Part shown: positions 62,717-64,000 of the stretch, one piece after another
How the letters are laid out: each line of letters starts with the position of its first letter
Position numbering within the stretch: the stretch's first letter is position 1
Source of the DNA: Anthoceros angustus
Taxonomy: Eukaryota > Plantae > Anthocerotophyta
Reading direction: 5' to 3'
Assembly: GCA_010909165.1 (NCBI GenBank)
Contig: MU008172.1
Location: forward strand, 496,001-560,000
Length of the DNA stretch: 64,000 nucleotides
The notes under the pieces: generated by a model
The model's input: only the letters and a program-made list of their open reading frames with translations
What the model was told of the DNA's origin: nothing
Databases searched by the model: none
Translations under genes and position numbers: made by a program

Positions 62717-63148
62717 CGGCCAGTCCTACCACACCGGGGTGAAATACCACGCTCCCACATGGAAGCCAAGAGTCAACTGCAAGGCCACTACAAATGAGCG
62801 GCAAGGAGAATTAAAGCCCATCGAATTCAGCAAAGTGATGGAGAGAAAAAGAATTCATGGCCAAAGGGCTTTGCTTCATAGAAATGAATCATGTGGCTAG
62901 AGGTCGCCTTACAACAAGATATGGTAAGTGAGAGCCGCCAGAAATAATGGAGCAACACCTGGGCATGCGTTGCCAAAGTTAATGCTTGCACAAGAGTGCA
63001 GCCCGAATCAAGTGATGAGCTGCACAGCCTGCACATCGAGAGCAACCCAAGTCAGATGGTTGTAAAGAATGGCGCTGCCAGAGTAGAGGGCTGGAAAAAA
63101 CCAAGACCTGCAGAAGGTGAGACTTACGAACATCTTAAGCACCAGTCC

Positions 63149-64000
63149 ATGACTGTTGATGGCATGTTGGGTGGCAGACCAGTGTCCTTTCTCATTGATG
63201 GAGGCTCAACACACAGTTATGTGCGGGCAGCAGTAGCCAGAGATGCACCAGGTGTCAAGTGGTTTTGCAAGGAAATGGAACAATACATGAAGTTAGCCAA
63301 TGGAGCCATCGAAAGAGTAAACATGCACGAAATCCAAGCTGACATCTCCTTTCAAGGGTATGAAGACAGTGTCAGGCTCGAAGTCCTAGATGCACTGTCA
63401 CATGGAGTCTTGTTAGGACAGGATTGGCTATGGCAGCTTGACCCCGAAATATCATTCAGGAGGCATGAAATGACGTTGAGCTGGAAAGGAGAGAGGGTGG
63501 CGGTCAAGGGCTCTCACCAACGTCCAGGCGTCAAGCTCTTTTCAGCCAGATCTGCAAGGAAGGCCATCAAAGCTAGAACGTTGGAGTATACTGCCTTCTT
63601 GTTCAGCTGCAAGAACGTAGAGCAAGAGCCTACAAGCCTGCACAAGCAGCGGATGTACGAACCACCCAGTCAGATCAAAGGAGAGAACGAGGAACCCCAA
63701 GAGCTGAAGGAAATCTTGGAGCAGTTCAAAGACGTTTTTGAGGAGACACAAGGATTGCCACCAAGACGTGATGTGGATCATGCAATAGATCTCATCCCTG
63801 TAGCCAAACCTGTGGCCCGTCCGCCCTATAGACTAGCACCACCAGAGAACTTACTGGTGCAAGCTGCAGTGGACGACCTTTTGAAGAAAGGCCTCATAGA
63901 GGAGTCTGTGTCCCCATACGCAGCTCCAGTGCTGATTGTCAAGCACAGGAATGGCAAAGTGCGCATGTGCATAGACTACCGAGGGTTGAACGCTTCCACA
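63149..64000 (+). CDS. Gypsy pol (aspartic protease and RT N-terminus), open to the window end
   Basis: VSFLIDGGSTHSYV, LLGQDWL, LEQFKDVFEE..GLPPRRDVDHAIDLIP, PYRLAP, SPYAAPVLIVKHRNGKVRMCIDYRGLN. The frame probably opens further upstream (about 62950). Confidence 0.92.
   Translation, partial: MTVDGMLGGRPVSFLIDGGSTHSYVRAAVARDAPGVKWFCKEMEQYMKLANGAIERVNMHEIQADISFQGYEDSVRLEVLDALSHGVLLGQDWLWQLDPEISFRRHEMTLSWKGERVAVKGSHQRPGVKLFSARSARKAIKARTLEYTAFLFSCKNVEQEPTSLHKQRMYEPPSQIKGENEEPQELKEILEQFKDVFEETQGLPPRRDVDHAIDLIPVAKPVARPPYRLAPPENLLVQAAVDDLLKKGLIEESVSPYAAPVLIVKHRNGKVRMCIDYRGLNAST

Larger units (their letters stand above)
59653..64000 (+). mobile_element. Ty3/gypsy LTR retrotransposon, 5' part, continues beyond the window
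   Basis: Putative LTR TGCCACGG...TTACA (59653-60012; start inferred), PBS tggtatcagagc (60015-60026), then gag, protease and RT in gypsy order. Confidence 0.9.

Noticed and set aside
63197-63205. Gypsy protease active site DGG instead of D(S/T)G
   Set aside because: To my knowledge LIDGGSTH variants occur in plant Ty3 proteases, so this is not evidence of inactivation or novelty.

Overview
Eukaryotic plant DNA. The intron-containing genes are land-plant type and the introns are short, so I infer a non-seed plant such as a lycophyte or hornwort. The window has three zones. (1) 1-36.9 kb is a nested transposon cluster: an 11.75-kb DNA transposon (74-11827) with perfect 32-bp TIRs and a GTAG target-site duplication, two related Ty1/copia copies, an unclassified element with PHD-like remnants, and a second related DDD-transposase element in reverse orientation. 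(2) About 37.4-59.1 kb is a compact gene island with clean reading frames: DUO3-like, RER5/6-like, a tetraspanin, an alpha/beta-hydrolase, HIT4-like and two orphan ORFs. (3) 59.65-64 kb is the 5' part of a Ty3/gypsy element. The most notable item is the first transposon. Besides an intron-containing Sola-like transposase it carries a divergently oriented gene for a ParB-like domain plus a beta-class N4-cytosine/N6-adenine DNA methyltransferase (DLPx...FAGSG motifs), and a CpG-rich subterminal array. All TE ORFs except the gypsy pol are broken by small indels, which may be decay or consensus errors. No database searches were run; family names come from motifs I recognised by eye.
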